Origin: Octopus sinensis | Taxonomy: Eukaryota | Direction: 5' to 3' | DNA: 64,000 nt | NCBI RefSeq assembly: GCF_006345805.1 | Contig: NC_043012.1 | Span: 32,860,001-32,924,000, forward strand | Part shown: piece by piece, positions 11,401 to 22,259 of the stretch | Numbering within the stretch: position 1 is the first letter of the stretch | How the letters are laid out: each line of letters opens with the position of its first letter | Notes under the pieces: generated by a model | Databases searched by the model: none | What the model saw: the letters and a program-made list of their open reading frames with translations, nothing else | What the model was told of the DNA's origin: nothing | Position numbers and translations under genes: made by a program

Positions 11401-14400
11401 TACAATCGTTTTTTTTGTACTGATTATTTTTTAATTTATTTGTCTTCCATTTTTGGTGATTGTTTTTTTTTTTTCTTTGTCATTATAAATATTAAAAACT
11501 TTTCGTTGCTAAAATTCTTCATTTTACAATGACTATTCAACTTTATCTAATAAGCAGTAAGTGACTAAGTTTTAAAACAAATATTGACTGCTGTTCTAAT
11601 TTTTTTTAATCTGTATCACTTAGATTTTGATTGTACCTTTAGACCTATTTGGGGCTTGTCATATCAATTCTGATTCATTTTAAAAGCAACTTCCAAATTG
11701 CTTGCATGCCCAGTCTGAGGATATATCAATTTGAACAGAAAAAGTGTAATATTTTCATTGTGGCTTCTCTAAAACAGAAATGTGGTTACTAAGTCATTTT
11801 TAATCAATATTTGTTAGTGTATATTTGATACCATTCATCTAAAACCACCTTTCTCTCTTTTCCTAGAAATCAAGGGTTTGCAAACCCCCCTCCTGTGAAC
11901 CAACCGGCATTTGTCACCCCACCTCCTCCACCACCCCCATCTCATAGTCCATCCCCAGAGAGGTCTGAAGTAGATAAGCACTTGATGCCTCCTCCTCCAC
12001 CTCCCGGTGAGAGTTTTGTTGGTTTTATGAAGCCAAAAAAAAAAGCCAAAGAAAATTGTTAACTACTATATGAATAAATAACAACAAACTGTGTGAGGGA
12101 CGCAAAGGGTGTAGCAGTTTGATAGCTTAGGTGCTGTTTGTAATCCTTCTTCTTGGTACATCTCTAACGTCTAAGTCTAGCAAATCTATTCTACATTCAC
12201 ACCTGCACGTGCACACACAATACACACTTGCAGTCATAAAACTTTTGATATCCACAGAAAACGACAGCCTCATAAGCCAAACTTATTTTTAGGCTGCATG
12301 GACCCTTTAACATTATACAAAAAAATTCCAACTTGTGATCTTAAACTATCACCTTCATCATCATTTTAGCATCCACTTTTCCATGCTTGCTTGGGTTAGA
12401 CAGAATTTGTTGAGGTGGATTTTCTATGGCTGGATGCACTTCCTGCCACCAACCTTCATCTGTTTCTAAGCAACGTAACATTTCCCATTGCCTAATGTAT
12501 TTTCGAAGGAAGATTTGAAATAAACGCTGATTGTTTACAACTATCATCTGATTTCAAAACAAAAGGAGCCTTTGTAATGAATATTAATTTGCACATTCAA
12601 TCTAAATTGGATGTATTGTTTAAAACACCTTAGAGTGTAGTAAACATCACAAGAAATCACCTTGTGTGCATGACAAACTGCTAAGAAGTACAGACTAATA
12701 TATTAGCTAATGAAATTTTTATTAGCACAGGCAAATGTGGATCATCAGTAATAGCTAACCAAGTGCCAAATGCCGGACTAACTGATGATATAGCATGATA
12801 CTGGCCAAACAGCCAGTGATGTTGCAAGTGGCTATTGGACTTTTTGGTCCAAAGAAATTGTATCTTAAATTGTAAGAGGGTCATTACCTCGGTACATGTA
12901 TTTTTTATAAAAAAAAACAATGTTTTTGAGAAGCAGAGGGTCTGTGGGCGCCTTCTTGCCTTCTCCCATCTTTATATTTTTTATTATAATCATCCGCCTC
13001 ATTAATGTCTATGTCCAGCCCGCAAGCTACTCTTTGTAATGCCCTTATGGCAAATCTTTATGAAATAAAGTAGCTATTGGACTGTGAATAAATTAGCTGG
13101 TAGTGACAGAAATAGCTTTTGTAATGACTATTAATTAGCACATCCAACCTAAATTGGATTATGTTGTTTAGAATGCCTAAGACTGTAGTAAGCATTTTGA
13201 GAAATCATCTCATGTAGATGACAAATACTAAAAAGGCTGCTTCTGTCTCTAATAGTTCATTCATTCACAGCCCACCAGCTTTTTGCAGTGTCACTGGTTG
13301 TTTGGTCACTATTATGCTAAATCATCCTGTCTGGCTAGCTGCTACTGATGATCCGTAGTTTACAAGGAAATCACGTAATGTTGTAGTGTCATCCACCAGT
13401 GCTGATTAAAATTTCATCACCCACTATAGCAGTCTGTGCTTTTTAGCATTTGTCATGGACACAGGATGATTTCTTGAGACATTAAGTTGTTCTAAACAAT
13501 ACATCTAATATCAATATATATATATATGATATAGTGTATATTTAAACACATAAGGAATTCACTTATAGGGATTCTACATGCTAGAAAGAACAGCTAGGTT
13601 CTATAACCACAAAAATTAGGGATAAAATTCAGTTTTTGTGGTTATAGAACCTAGCTGTTCTTTCTAGCATGTAGAATCCCTATAAGTGAATTCCGTATGT
13701 GTTTAAATATACACTATATCGTATGACTAATATATAGTCTTTTTGACTAATTTTTTTACACGTTAGACCACTGGAAATGTAAATTTTGATTAATTTCCAT
13801 TTCCCTTTGATATGATTATATATTGATATGTGCGAATGCATGAAACTCTCAGACCTTGAATCACACTAATACTTCTGCTAAATATTAATAAAAAATATCA
13901 TCATTTAACGCCTACTCTTCATTCTGGCATCTGTTAGACAGTTTGACTGGAGCTGATAAGCCAGAGAACTGCACCAGGTTTCAGTCTGATCTGACATGGT
14001 TTCTGCAGCTGGATGCCCATACATACATACATATGCATGCACACACACACACACTTTCTCTCTCAATATCACAATCATTATCGACCTAACTCCATTCACC
14101 ATATTTTACATTACATTTATACTTATATACTTGTATGCTTATACCTAAAATCATCTCCTCCGTATTAGCCACTACTCCCTTAATTTCCCATTCCCTGTTA
14201 CTCCCTTTCTGGCTTTTGGTTTTTAATATTGAGTAATGACAACGATGGGGAGGGTTGTAACTGAAATTTATTAAACATTCTGTCCGTGTTATCTTAGCTA
14301 ACTGTATAATGTTTTTGGCCTTCTACACAAATGAGATAATAGATTAGAAAAATTAGAAAGTGGTGAATGTTTCAAAACAGATTATATATATGTATATGTA

Positions 14401-17136
14401 TGTATGTGTGTATGTATATATATATGTTTGTGTGTGTGTATATATATATATCCATATATATGGATGTGTGTGTATATGCATATACATGCATACACACACA
14501 CATATATCCGTACATACATATATATGTATGTACGCGTGTGTGTGTATGCATGTATATGTACGTATGTATATGCATATATATTTATATATTACATATACAT
14601 ATATATGTGCATATGTATAATATATGCATATATATATATATGTGTGTGTGTGCATATACATATATGTGTGTGTGTGTGTTATATATGTATATTATATGCA
14701 TATATATGTGCATGAATGTGTGTATGTATATATATGTGTATGTATATATATATATACATATATATAATATGGGTGTCATTGTTTATACATACATATATAT
14801 TTATACATCTGTATATTTCTGTATCTATATACTTTAAATTAATAATTTTCTTTGTGCTTTTATTTTCATGCAAATTACGTAATCTGAAATTCTAGTGATT
14901 TTTGTATTGGATATGTAATATTTTAATTCTAAACTTACTATTCTAATCCTTACTTTGAGATTTATATATATGTATGTATACACATATATATGCATCTCAA
15001 AGTATCAGAATCTTCTTTGTAATTTTCTTCATTCATTTCATTAAGCTGATAATTCATCTATTATTTCTCTGGCATTCTCTACATAATTGTTTAATATGAA
15101 GATATCCAAACTTCTGTTAGTGATTAATTTTTTCACAAATAATTATTGTAACTTTTCAGGAAGCAAACGTACGGCGCAGCATCAAGGAGGTACTGAGACA
15201 CAGGAACAACGTAAAAAAATCAAAGGCGCTCTTGGCAGTGTAGCCGGTAATATTTTTTATAATTACAGTTTGTTTATTAGATCCAAAGCTAGGTGACTAA
15301 AATGTAAAATTACCTGTAGGAAAGTTTTAAATGTAAAGACTTTTATGAAGCATTGTGTTGCTAACTTCTGCTTCTATATTACAGTTGAATGTGAGAGAGA
15401 TTAATTGACATAAAATAGTTGTTTCAGCAATTCCTACAGTATAACCCATGTGTAAAAGGGTAAAAGAAATAATATTTCATTTTTGTAATTGGTTTGCAAG
15501 ATTCATGTGTGGAAACGGACTCTGTTGTGTCTTACGAGAGTCATTATACCAATATTAATAACACACACACACACTGCTTCGATTCCACTCCGTTATTATT
15601 AGTCAGTTGGTTAAGTATCAATCCAACTAAACAAGCGCTTGTTTGACTTGTCAGTTAAACAGTTAGTTGTTTGCTTTGATTTTTATTCATCAAAATTCTT
15701 TCATTTCCACTTTTCTCTATTTGTTTTCATTCTCTGAAATTCTAAGCTAAAATGTTACAAAATCAAAATATGGCTTCTTAAATTATTGGTATATGAAGCC
15801 TCAGTGAGGGGATTTTACAGTAAGGAGGGCCTGTCGTAGATGAGGTCGTAAAGATTTTTGCAAACATAACTGATTGATTGATTAACTGAATGATTAATCA
15901 AACCATTGATTAGTTTCTTAGTTAAATAGTTATCCAAATAACAAATAATAAAGAAGTGAAATTGAACCAGTGTGTGTATTTATTATTGATGTAATGACCC
16001 TCCCAAGATGCACAAGTTGACATTAGGGACCTTGCAAACCAAATACAAAAACAAAATATATATCTGTTCCCTTAAATGGTATACTTGTATTCAGCAGATA
16101 CATATTCGTTTGTCATGCTGTCTCCTCATCTTAGTTACATAATAAATGTTTTTTCATACACAAATAGCTGTTAGGCTTATTCAGTTTTAGTTCTTATAGA
16201 TTTTTTCATTAACTTTTACCCTTTGAAAAGATTTTTCAGTAAGTTTTTAAAATTCCCATTTTCTAAATCTTTTCTGCCGTATGTTGATTTGGAAAATACT
16301 GTGAATATAGTTGGATTGATGTAATCAAGATTAGGCTAAGAAAGTTTATGATTCATAAAAGACAAGAGAATTTCGTAGAACTTTGTCAGTATGAAATAGT
16401 TGAGGATTATCTTGTCCACCTTTGCCTTAAACTTGTTTGTATTTTATTTATATTGACAGTATATGGATCTGATGATGAAGAAGATGATTCTAGTTCTCCA
16501 AGTCGACAACAACAGCAACAGAGGACTGTCCCTTACAGCCAGTCAAGTTCTACAAATGCTGCCTATGTTCACCAAGGGCAGCCCAGTCCCCCACCTCCAT
16601 CTTTGCCTGCCAACCATTATGATCAATACTTGCCAGGGCAAGTATCAACATCATCCCAACAGCAACAGCCATTGCAGCATGGACAGTATTCTCCTCCGGA
16701 CCCTAACAATGGAACACCTTATCAACCATGCTCTAGTCCAACAAACTTTGCTAGTAAACAGTCCACAACACAACCACAACAGAACAACCATAGGAACTCA
16801 TATGAACAAATTTTGTCTACACAAGCTTCTCAGTTTGGTGTACCGCGACCACTCAGCCAGTCAACTTTTGCTACATCTACAACTGGGTTGCAAACATCTC
16901 CAGCCTATATCCCTCAGCAACAACCACAGCAACAACAACAGCAGCAGCAACAGCAACCCCAACCCCCTCAATTTAATGGACACACTTCAGCTGTCGCTGC
17001 TAATCAAGGCTACCTTCAACAGTTTGCTAACCAACCACCCCCTTCACAGCAGTTTTCAGGACAACCAAGCAACCAAGCTCCTCCATTCCAACCACCTCCA
17101 CCACCTGGCATGTCTTATTGGATGTCTCCTGCCTGA
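2311..17136 (+). CDS. KHDC4: KH homology domain-containing protein 4 (BLOM7/KIAA0907) orthologue, 3' ten coding exons; 5' end lies upstream of the window
   Basis: Exons 2311-2418, 3781-3921, 6299-6418, 7099-7200, 7500-7732, 8966-9229, 10880-11025, 11867-12006, 15160-15246 and 16460-17136 all have AG/GT boundaries and compatible phases (2018 nt, one frame to TGA). Motifs recalled from human KHDC4 occur in the same order: PPKRRFTEE..ENLLGYQ|HGP, DKHLMPPP, VAVYGSDDEEDD and terminal MSYWMSPA* (human, from memory: KRRFTEE..GLLGYQHGP, DRQLMPPP, LVAYAADSSDEEEE, MPFWMAP). Confidence 0.9.
2620..2880 (-). mobile_element. SINE-like element with CAT/GAT-repeat tail (family D), degenerate
   Basis: catcatttaacatccattttccatgctggcatgggtt start is shared with copies at 9650, 27075 and 54170, and in reverse at 5150 and 26100. 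Confidence 0.7.
3523..3577 (-). ncRNA. Minimal type-I hammerhead-ribozyme-like motif (Penelope type), variant core
   Basis: Minus strand reads GTCT CCGATGA A GGGAT..ATCCT A GAAA CAGCTG TA AGAC: stem I GTCT/AGAC, stem II, palindromic stem III CAGCTG and a GUA triplet. The core is CCGAUGA rather than CUGAUGA. Confidence 0.5.
3781..3921 (+). CDS. KHDC4: KHDC4 exon (141 nt, phase 1-1): MQTVTSLPPTFQQVLPTSSVVLSANSLPASLTSMPPPTLVSQASAQ
   Basis: Acceptor ctttccttaatttctag at 3780; donor AAG|gtttga at 3922; same P/S/T/Q composition as neighbouring exons; not reported in this frame by the ORF track. Confidence 0.72.
5150..5460 (+). mobile_element. Family D SINE-like element
   Basis: gtgctggtggcacgtaaaa repeats, ttaggaagggcatcc core, ends ccatgctagcatggaaagcggacgttaaacgatggtgatgatg. 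Confidence 0.8.
6299..6418 (+). CDS. KHDC4: KHDC4 exon (120 nt, phase 1-1): MASSANAGGLVIPVSYSTSLTPMPMVTSLSTSPLLSVGA
   Basis: Acceptor ttctctgtgcag at 6298; donor CTG|gtaagc at 6419; open frame. Confidence 0.78.
7099..7200 (+). CDS. KHDC4: KHDC4 exon (102 nt, phase 1-1): PPPAAPAGQMDASGSLLPNASLPPPLLQVSTAP
   Basis: Acceptor tgttttag at 7098; donor CTG|gtatga at 7201; GC-rich island in an AT-rich intron. Confidence 0.78.
7500..7732 (+). CDS. KHDC4: KHDC4 exon (233 nt, phase 1-0): NANLGNPQPAQVIVGQQ...PPPPYYGQ
   Basis: Acceptor ctcattgttag at 7499; donor CAG|gtgagt at 7733; lies within ORF 7415-7774. Confidence 0.85.
7948..8358 (-). mobile_element. tRNA-derived SINE (family A) with internal CA/TA microsatellite
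   Basis: Reverse complement of the consensus seen at 35289-35730. Confidence 0.75.
8966..9229 (+). CDS. KHDC4: KHDC4 exon (264 nt, phase 0-0) with the conserved PPKRRFTEE..LLGYQ motif
   Basis: Acceptor ttctgtttcag at 8965; donor CAG|gtttgt at 9230; motif matches KHDC4. Confidence 0.9.
10065..10275 (+). mobile_element. tRNA-derived SINE (family B), degenerate
   Basis: gcctttcatcctcttggggtcaataaaatacataccag core is shared with the 51571 and 57798 copies. Confidence 0.65.
10880..11025 (+). CDS. KHDC4: KHDC4 exon (146 nt, phase 0-2): HGPPQLANMIASGPPPP...VYEEFR
   Basis: Acceptor tgttgttag at 10879; donor CAG|gtaact at 11026; begins with HGP, continuing the LLGYQ|HGP junction. Confidence 0.82.
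11867..12006 (+). CDS. KHDC4: KHDC4 exon (140 nt, phase 2-1): NQGFANPPP...EVDKHLMPPPPPP
   Basis: Acceptor ttctctcttttcctag at 11866; donor CCG|gtgaga at 12007; DKHLMPPP resembles human DRQLMPPP. Confidence 0.85.
13528..13720. repeat. Near-perfect 88-bp-arm inverted repeat (1 mismatch, 17-nt loop) in a KHDC4 intron
   Basis: 13528-13615 is the reverse complement of 13633-13720 except taagg versus tacgg. Confidence 0.92.
14370..14830. repeat. Compound TA/TG/CA microsatellite
   Basis: Directly visible; source of several spurious Y/I/C/V-rich ORFs. Confidence 0.95.
15160..15246 (+). CDS. KHDC4: KHDC4 exon (87 nt, phase 1-1): SKRTAQHQGGTETQEQRKKIKGALGSVA
   Basis: Acceptor acttttcag at 15159; donor CCG|gtaata at 15247; RKKIK basic patch resembles a nuclear localisation signal. 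Confidence 0.82.
16460..17136 (+). CDS. KHDC4: KHDC4 terminal coding exon: YGSDDEEDD, Q/P/S-rich tract with polyQ, MSYWMSPA*
   Basis: Acceptor tattgacag at 16459; within ORF 16348-17136; TGA at 17134-17136; acidic motif and C-terminal WMxP motif typical of KHDC4. Confidence 0.88.
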
Positions 17137-20100
17137 ACAGTGGTTTTTTTGTTGGGTTTTTTTTTTCCAAATTTATTATTTTTTTTTTATTGTATCAATT
17201 TGCTGTCTGTGACTGTTTTCACTTTGTTGTTGATGAACAAAATATATCGTTGTTCCTTTCTCTCCCGCTTTATTCTTCTCGTGACTGTAAGAAAACAATT
17301 CAGATAGGGGAGAAACTGTCCAGAAAAGGGACAAAAACTTTATTTTGTCAATCATCAAAATAGCATTACCTTTGTCATCACTGGTCTCAATGTTTTCTCC
17401 TCCATTTCACTTCATCCTATATATATATAGCAGTGTATGTCGAGTACATTTTGTGAATCAAGCATTGCAGGGCTAGCAACTTTCAATAATCTTACTGGGT
17501 TATTTTTGTCCCTCTTCCTCTCACATATATGTGCACACTTAACATATATGCACATACTTATTACACTCAAAACATTGTCATAGACATTATACATATAATG
17601 ACAGATAATTCGTGATTTTTTTTTTCTTTTTCTCCCCTCCCCCCCTTCCCGTGTTAAGACAGGTATTTTTATTTTCATTTTTACCTTTAACTCTCCAAAA
17701 GCTTCTAAAATTTGAAGATTTATTTATACAGCTATTATTAAATCATTAGCAAATACAGAGTAACATGATTTATCTATTGTTGATTTGAATTGCATTATTT
17801 GTCCTCTTTCAATATGTTATGACAAGCCAAGATTCAGTGATACATTTATTGTTTTCATTTACTTTTAATCAATTATTTTGTTTTCTTACTATTTTATTCA
17901 TAGTAAGTTGGGCTGTGTTTTACAAGTCTTCAACAATTTATGGCACCAATTGTATTTTAGTTACCTTAAAACAGTGTTTACAGTCATTAACTTTAATTGC
18001 ATATTTAATTAAGGAGACAAAGGTTGCTTTCGGGATTCAATCTTAGAACTGGAAACATTGATTTGGGGCTGTCATAATAAAATCCTTTTCTTCCCCATTA
18101 TTACTTTTTGGGGGAACTCCATAGAGTTGCAATTCAAACCTTAAAGTTTGCCTTAGTTCTGGCGAAATAAATCACTTTTTCACTCTCTGCTAATATGGAC
18201 TTTTCCTGGTTTTAAAATGATAGAATTATATTGAGTGTTTGTGAATAATTTTCTTGTGTACCTATAAGAGTGATTTTTTAAAAAATAACAACTTAGATTC
18301 TTCCTGTGATAAATGCAAGCCAGTTGAATTACATTAATTTCAAAAGGTTCACATTCTTTATATACTTGATATTTCATCCATTCAGGGGGTGGGATTTTGG
18401 ATTTGTGATTCTAATTGAAAATTCAGAATATTTTGATTAAATTGATTCAATTTATTTCTTCTTCTCATGTACGAGTTCCTCTGTTAAATGTAATGAAAAT
18501 GTTGCTTAATCATTTTAGCCTTAGTATTTTAAACTTTTCAAGACCACAGTTGCTTGGAGACCCCTGCAATGAAAGCACATACAAAAATAGATATTGTTGT
18601 GGCTATTTTCAAATTACTTTTATTCTAAATGAACATTTTAGTGGCACCAGCCATTCTGGTCTTGAAATAGTTTAACAATGGCAAAAATTATTAGATGAGA
18701 GGGGGAAAGTCTTCCATATAACTCTATATTTGTTTTGTTTTGTTTTTTCTTTACAGTTATTTTTAGCCAATGCATAGTTAGAAATTCTTGTCTTATTAAT
18801 ATTATATCAGATCCCTCTCTACAAAATGTGAAGGATTGTGAGACAAAGAAAGGGTCATATTTAATACTTTTGCATTTGCAACAGAAGAAAAATGTATGCA
18901 TTGCTTTTTAATTAAATTATTTTCAAATTTATTTGTGCCTTCAACTTGCTGCTTAGATTTAAATCATTCATGTTTTAAACTGAGAATGATTAAATTTTTC
19001 GTTATTAAGGTTTTTTTTTTTTTCATCAATGTAGACTTAATTCTTCTGCAAACTGAATTTATAATTGTTTCCTAGAAATATTATTACTTTATGTAATGAC
19101 TAGATTCATGATCTTACATATAATAAGAATTCTTTATTGTAGATTGATTTCACTCTATAATCAGTTTGTTTCATCTTACATTCTTGAAAGTCTCCCTTTT
19201 ATTGTAGAAACATAGAACCATTTTTTTTATATATAACTGATCTATTTTATCTGTAATGATTGATTACATTCACTTGGCACATACAAATATTTATTTATTT
19301 AAATTCCTGCACATTTTCTTTTTCCAATATTATTCAAAATATTTTTCTTAGAAAAAAATAAAACATGAAAAAAACTTTATATATATATATATGTACGTAT
19401 GTATATATATATATATTAACCTTATTAATATGTGGTGTTCTGTGTCTGGGAATGGGGAATTGTAACGAAATATATATTTTTAAATGCTGTCTACCAGCAG
19501 TGATTAATTTTAGAACTTGGACTTGAGAAACCAACATTTTCTTAACTAATTTCACTGGTTCAACTACATCTCCCTATCTCTTCATTTCCAATTGCACATG
19601 CTTCTGTAATTCCTGTTTTGTGTTTTCCTGTGTTGGATAATGTCAGATTGTCATTATTGGAGATAACACCTTACAACTAGCTTGTTGCCAGAACAATCTC
19701 TCAGAACACACAAACTTTCCTATAATTTAGTGTTTTGTGGGGTGTGCAGCAGAGGAGTACAGTTTTTGTGATTCTTTTTAAAAACCTCTCTCTCTAATTA
19801 TTTTGATGAATAGTTTGAACAAGCTCTTTTTCAAATTGTCCCTCCACCTGCTTGGTTTTTTTTTTCTCATTTCCATCCTTTGAAAGCAAAAGCTGTACAA
19901 TCAGTAACTTTGCTGTTTGAAATGATGCCTTAAACTAGGATGTCTCTATAAGAAGTATTTATCCGCTGATCTTCCTCCCTAACCTGCTACACTCCCTATT
20001 TCTTAAAATGTATGCATTGTCTGCACTACATATCATGGTGCTCATTATTTACTGAGAATTCCTGTAAATATATTATAAATACAAATTATTTTTCTCCATT

Positions 20101-20400
20101 TCAGAGGATTGATGATTCATAGAGCTGTTTATAATAATAATAATAATAATAATAATAATTCATGTGTGTGCCTGTTTGTTAGTTGATATTTGCTAACTAA
20201 ATAAAAGTGATTTGGTCTCTTTGAAGAGGACTGAATTGAGACTTTGTCAGTGATAGCTTTCAAGATTCTCTCTCTTTCTCTCTCTCTTTTCCCCATCCTC
20301 AACAGATAATGGGGGATAAAAAAAAGCCTTTTCTATTAATGTATTTCTTGTAATTTTACCCCCCTATATAGTATTTTAATGATTAGAAGGGAGTTGAATT
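17137..20400 (+). other. Probable long AU/U-rich 3'UTR region of KHDC4; end not determined
   Basis: Largely transposon-free, T-rich stretch after the stop, with several AATAAA hexamers (near 18165, 19357, 20200). The poly(A) site cannot be chosen from sequence alone. Confidence 0.35.
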
Positions 20401-21124
20401 TTCTGAATGCAGAAAGATTGAAAAGAGAAAGAGAGAATAAACTGAATGAAGGCACAAAAGAGAAGTGATGAGGTTCATTACTTTCCCTTACAATGTGCAG
20501 CAATATAATAACGATGATAATAATAATTAATAATAATAGCTCTGATACTTGACAAAGTCTCAATGGTACTACAAGTACCAAGACAAATGGTTCCAGTCCT
20601 GCAGAGAACAAAACTTGGGACACAGTTTGTGATCTCTCTCCTGCCCTTTTCTTGGTTATATTGAAGTGGGCTATATTGTGAAAATTGTAAAACATTCTCT
20701 TTCATATTTGTATATATTTGCTGGTGTTTAGAATTTGTCATATTTGTGTCCTTCACATCCTTAAATAAATTGTTATATTGCTACTATATTGTCTTCATTT
20801 AATTATTGTTGTTTATTTCACATACGTCTGTACACTTTATCGCCTTTTTTTTCTAGAAGGATAATAATTGAATCAGCTGAGGAGTGTTAAAGGTAAAAAT
20901 TTTATTGGAATCCTGAAAAGGGTTTTGTCTCCAGCAGAACGTATGTTCAGAAGAAAATGAGGCAAAACGAAATTCTTTAAGATGGTCTACAATTACTAAC
21001 CATTAGGTTATCATATTTGGTCAGTCCAAATAATTTAGTTTACCAAACAAACTCATTATATTTAAAAACAAAGGTGGGAGCATGAGAAGACACTAATTAA
21101 GAAAATATTTTATTAATATACAAA

Positions 21125-21495
21125 TAGGCATAGACATGGCTGTGTGGTAAGAAGCTTGCTTCTCAACCACATGGTTCTGGGATCAGTCTTATTGCATGGC
21201 ACCTGGGTCAAGTGTCTTCCGGTATAGTCTTGGGCCAACCAAAGCCTTGTGAGTGAGTTTGGTGGACAGAAGCTGAAAGAAGCCAATCATATATATGTAC
21301 ATATGTACATATATATATATATACATATATATATGTGCCTGTGTCTTTCCCCCACCACCACTTGACAACCAGTGTTGGTGTGTTTACGTCCCTGTAACTT
21401 AGCGGTTCAGCAAAAGACACTGATAGAATAAGTACCAGGCTTAGAAAATACAAAAAAAATCAAGTACTTGGATTCTTCAAGGCATGGCTGTAGTC
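21125..21495 (+). mobile_element. tRNA-derived SINE (family A)
   Basis: catggctgtgtggtaagaagcttgct head; internal TA tract; ends gactgaaacaagtaaa. Confidence 0.8.
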
Positions 21496-22259
21496 TAACG
21501 ACTGAAACAAGTAAATGATTAAAGATATTCAAATGTGCACGTTATCATTTGTGTATCTCATCATTCCGGCAGGATTCTCTTCTTCTCTCCTCCCCCCCCC
21601 GCCACTCCTTACTCTACAAATTATATTCCCTAGGAGAGTATTGAACTTCAGTGCTACAAGCAAACAAAAGCACAGTTTAGTTGCTTACAGCAATGAGTTG
21701 TTGCTATGTTGTCATATCCGTTTGTAGTTTGATAGACTAGGCTATGAAGTTCACTGATCTTAGCCGCTAATACTAACACACAGTAACAGAATAGGAACTG
21801 GTAACCTTTTCGTTAGTAATGTTCCAACTTAAACATCTATAAAGAATAATGAACTTGTTGTATACAGTGCTGAGATGCACTGCAACTCATCAAAAAAAAG
21901 TAATCAAAACTGCATGAAGAGTACGTAGTGAATGGTGAATAAGTCTTTAAAAAAAGAAGTGGAGGTGAGCGGTGTTGGGAAATATCAAGAAGCATGGAAG
22001 TTTTGAAAGTTGTCTTTCTATCTCTGTCCTTCACCACCACCCCATATGCATTTTACGCTAGCCCCGGAAATAACGGTCTCACTTCTCGATTCAAATTCTG
22101 GCTGTCAACTTTGTTCGGAAAATGAATTCCAGCTAAGCAATCTTTTTAACTTAATTCAGCCCATATTTACCAGAAATATTTCTATGCAATTGATTGATCT
22201 TTAGTTTCCCCTGTTTTATCTCTATTTATGTTATGACTTTTCGACTATTACTCTGTTTA

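Noticed and set aside
14353-14873. Several ORFs of 65-156 aa on both strands (also at 49-231, 29990-30321, 35225-35600, 50795-51157, 59190-60287)
   Set aside because: They are translations of TA/CA/TG microsatellites, which lack stops in some frames.
16463-17212. 249-aa overlapping ORF in a second frame of the last exon
   Set aside because: Shadow frame of CAA/CAG/CCA-rich coding sequence with no recognisable motif.
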